The position numbers and the translations under genes were made by a program. 64,000 nt of DNA from NCBI GenBank assembly GCA_965219415.1, contig CBDCNP010000002.1, forward strand, positions 4,032,001-4,096,000, given 5' to 3'. This DNA comes from Candidatus Marinacidobacterales bacterium (lineage in GTDB: Bacteria > Acidobacteriota > Vicinamibacteria > Marinacidobacterales > DATDRI01). The notes beneath the pieces were generated by a model. The model was not told where the DNA came from and made no database searches. It saw only the letters and a program-made list of their open reading frames with translations. Position 1 is the stretch's first letter; each line of letters starts with the position of its first letter. Below are positions 61,544 through 64,000 of this stretch, piece by piece.

Positions 61544-63070
61544 CTATCGCTCTTGTGGGGGCTCGCCCCGACGTCTCTCGATTCGTTCTACCATCTCCTC
61601 GAGCTCCACGCCGTCGATACAACCGTCATGGTTGGAGTCCATCCGGTCAAATCGTCCTCTCATTCTTTCGGGAAGTTCGTCTTGGCGAACGCAGCCGTCA
61701 CCGTCTTGGTCTCTCTCCAGAAGTCGCCGCACAAAAGCTTCGCTCGCCATCCCGCCGAATCGACTCTCCATGCGTTCTCGCTCATCCGCATCGATGAAAC
61801 CGTCTCCGTTCTCGTCAATCCTCTCGAAGAGGCGCCCCAGGCGCTCGGGAAGCTCGTCGCGGCTGACGCGCCCATCCCCGTTCAGATCGCTGTTCGAAAG
61901 CGTCTCCGCGAAGCCCCCGGTACCGCGGTCCGTCCACCCTGTGCGACGTCGCCCTCCGTCAGGATCTCTTTTCAAATAGATCTTGTATTGCTGGGTGACG
62001 GGAATGCAGTAGGTCTCGGCATCGTCGCAAGCGAAGTAGAAGACCTTAGCTTGAATGGGTGCATCGGTTGAATCAGGATCGAGCTCGAACAAGAACTCGC
62101 GCGGATCACTGTCTGCTTCTACTTCGAGCTTCGGAGCATCGCCCGTTGTTTGACTCGCCACTGCCCCGTCCGGGAGGTCCAGCTCGAATCGCAATGGAGT
62201 GACGAGGTTATTCCAATGAACCTCATAGACCGGATCGATATGGAAGCCAAGATAGAGCTTTCCCGCCTCCCCATGAAGTACGTCTCGATCCGCCTCGGCG
62301 CGTAGCTTCACATAAAACGGTGCACCCTTTTCGGTAATGACCGGCTCCACTTTGAGGGCCTGCAGTCCCATCGGCACTTCCAGCCGCGGCACGACTCCCT
62401 TGGCCGCCGCCTTGCGCGGCGGGAGCGCTTTCATATCCAGATCCTCGACCGATGTCGGATTTTCAACGGGTCCAACAAGTCTCGCTAGGTCCTCACGGAG
62501 TTTTTCGGGATCGCTCCACCAGCGCTTGTTCGCCAACTTGCCGTCCGCATCGAAAATGAACTCGGGGTTCGAAGCATCACCAAGGGCATGCTTGAGATCG
62601 TTCGACATCGTGTCGCAGATCCACGGGATCTCTGACCCCAGCCTTCGCTTTGCCTCCTGAACGTGCATGAGCCTTTCTTCTAACGTAAAGGGCGTCACAT
62701 ATCCATAGAGTGCGGGATGCGCGAGCGCCTTGTAGATGTAGTAAAACTTCACGCCCATGGGGGCGTAATCGCTGAATACCGTCTCCAGACCGGGGACGTT
62801 CCTGAGGAACGGCGGTCAGGTGAGGCAGCCGAACACGAGAACGGAATAATGGCCTTCCAGGCTGCTGAGTTTGAACTCGCGGCCTTCAGCGTCGTACGCG
62901 GAGAGGTCGGGCAAGGGCTCGCCGATGGCGGGACTCGCGGCTTCAAACTTCGCTTCCAAGGCCTGACGGTCCCAGCCGGGCGAATCCTCGTCATGATTGT
63001 GGGTTTGTGCGAAGCTCGCCGCCACCACTGCCAAATAGAGAGCAATACCAAGTGAGCTCTTCCAAAGCAT
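61544..63070 (-). CDS. Exported deiodinase-like thioredoxin-fold selenoprotein (CLTU) with C-terminal EF-hands; UGA at 62816-62818
   Basis: ORFs 62816..63142 and 61544..62758 are in frame, joined by LVFGCLT-U-PPFLRNV..YIYKALAHP; four DxxxDG EF-hand loops. Confidence 0.88.
62780..62798 (-). promoter_or_regulatory. Putative bacterial SECIS hairpin
   Basis: CGUCCCC-GGUCU-GGAGACG; the loop starts with GG 24 nt after the UGA. Confidence 0.6.
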
Positions 63071-63181
63071 TTCTTGAACTCCTTGCGATGGTCCTGATAC
63101 CTGTCTCGCTGTCCCTCTAAGGCTGTTGGTTTTCACTTTCACGATACATCCTAATCCGTTAGACCGCCCAAGTCATCCACT

Positions 63182-63511
63182 TTGAATCGACCTCTGGCGC
63201 GCACGACGGTGGAGGAGCTGGCGAGCCCGTCCGTCCGGAGTGCGCGGATCTGCAAGAATAAACTCGCGGCGCTCATGCCGGGTGCCGACCTCGCTTCCAT
63301 GATCGAAGCGTCCGTGACGGAGAAACTCGAACGGCTCGAGGCCAGGCGCCTCGGCAAAGTCAAGAATCCGAGAAAGAGCCTCGAAGATGCCGACACGTCG
63401 CCGGGAGGGCGCGGAATTCCCGCTCCGGTGAAGCGCATCGTGTGGGCGCGCGATCAGGGGCAGTGCACGTTACCCGTCGTTTCTACTCTTTCCGGACGGA
63501 GCTCAAGATAG
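63182..63511 (+). pseudogene. Fragment of an HNH endonuclease-family gene
   Basis: IPAPVKRIVWARDQGQCT, then breaks off before the HNH motif. Confidence 0.6.
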
Positions 63512-63680
63512 TGAGCTCCGGTTGAGAGGCCTCGTCGTTCGCACCGGCGACTTTGATCATCAAGAAACGATCGCCGCTGGGAGACACGTCATAGGTGCGA
63601 CCGGGGGGACCGCTAACAGTGGATGATCGGTTCGTCGTTCGAGCACGCGATGCCGCCGCTCGATAGAAATAGTACGACGC

Positions 63681-64000
63681 TCAGAAGATGATGCGACGGG
63701 AACTTCGCCACGTGCTTTGTCGTGAGCCCGAAATATGACAAAGGAACCGAATGTACGTTTCGATGCCTCGAAAGAAGTTCGGTAGGTGGAGTTTTTCGTT
63801 CGGTCCGTGGATCCCGTCGGTGGGCATGGCGAAACCCAGGAGCACCAGCTCGGAGGCGAGCCTACTTTGCAGCAAACCGACGACGGGCACGCTTCCGCCT
63901 TCCCTTCTGTGGATTGGCGGAACCCCCCAGACTTCTTCCAGGGACCGAGCCGCGGCCCGTATGACACTCGACTCGAGGTTTACCTCGGATGCTGGCGCGT
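63681..64000 (-). CDS. M20 dipeptidase C-terminus (partial)
   Basis: REGGSVPVV..LLGF..IHGPNEK. Confidence 0.8.
   Translation of the reverse strand, partial: APASEVNLESSVIRAAARSLEEVWGVPPIHRREGGSVPVVGLLQSRLASELVLLGFAMPTDGIHGPNEKLHLPNFFRGIETYIRFLCHISGSRQSTWRSSRRIIF

Noticed and set aside
1-64000. CRISPR arrays, tRNA (including selC) or rRNA genes
   Set aside because: No repeat-spacer array or structural RNA gene was recognised by eye; a covariance search was not possible

Overview
GC-rich bacterial window. Its gene content (Ser/Thr kinase with PD40 propeller, PEP-CTERM, CRTAC1/ASPIC, many exported hydrolases) suggests an Acidobacterium, though this is inference. 1-28 kb is an intact catabolic region with five amidohydrolases, two S9 peptidases, an M23 peptidase, a reductive-dehalogenase-domain Fe-S protein, an LLM monooxygenase, MFS and NRAMP-like transporters, hydantoinase/oxoprolinase A+B and a dpp-type ABC transporter lacking a binding protein. 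28-49 kb is a decaying accessory region with ISL3, IS256, a micro-inverted kinase, a FadL-like/TPR-NTPase/NTPase-kinase operon, bioB plus a bioD-bioA fusion, gene-fragment mosaics and a PEP-CTERM gene. 49-64 kb holds a second hydantoinase cluster and further hydrolases. The main finding is two exported proteins, one at each end of the window, split by an in-frame UGA. Each UGA is followed by a bacterial SECIS-like hairpin with a GGUC loop, so both are probable unannotated selenoproteins: an FG-GAP/ASPIC-UnbV/redoxin protein (DL-U-SFFW) and a deiodinase-like CxxU protein with EF-hands.
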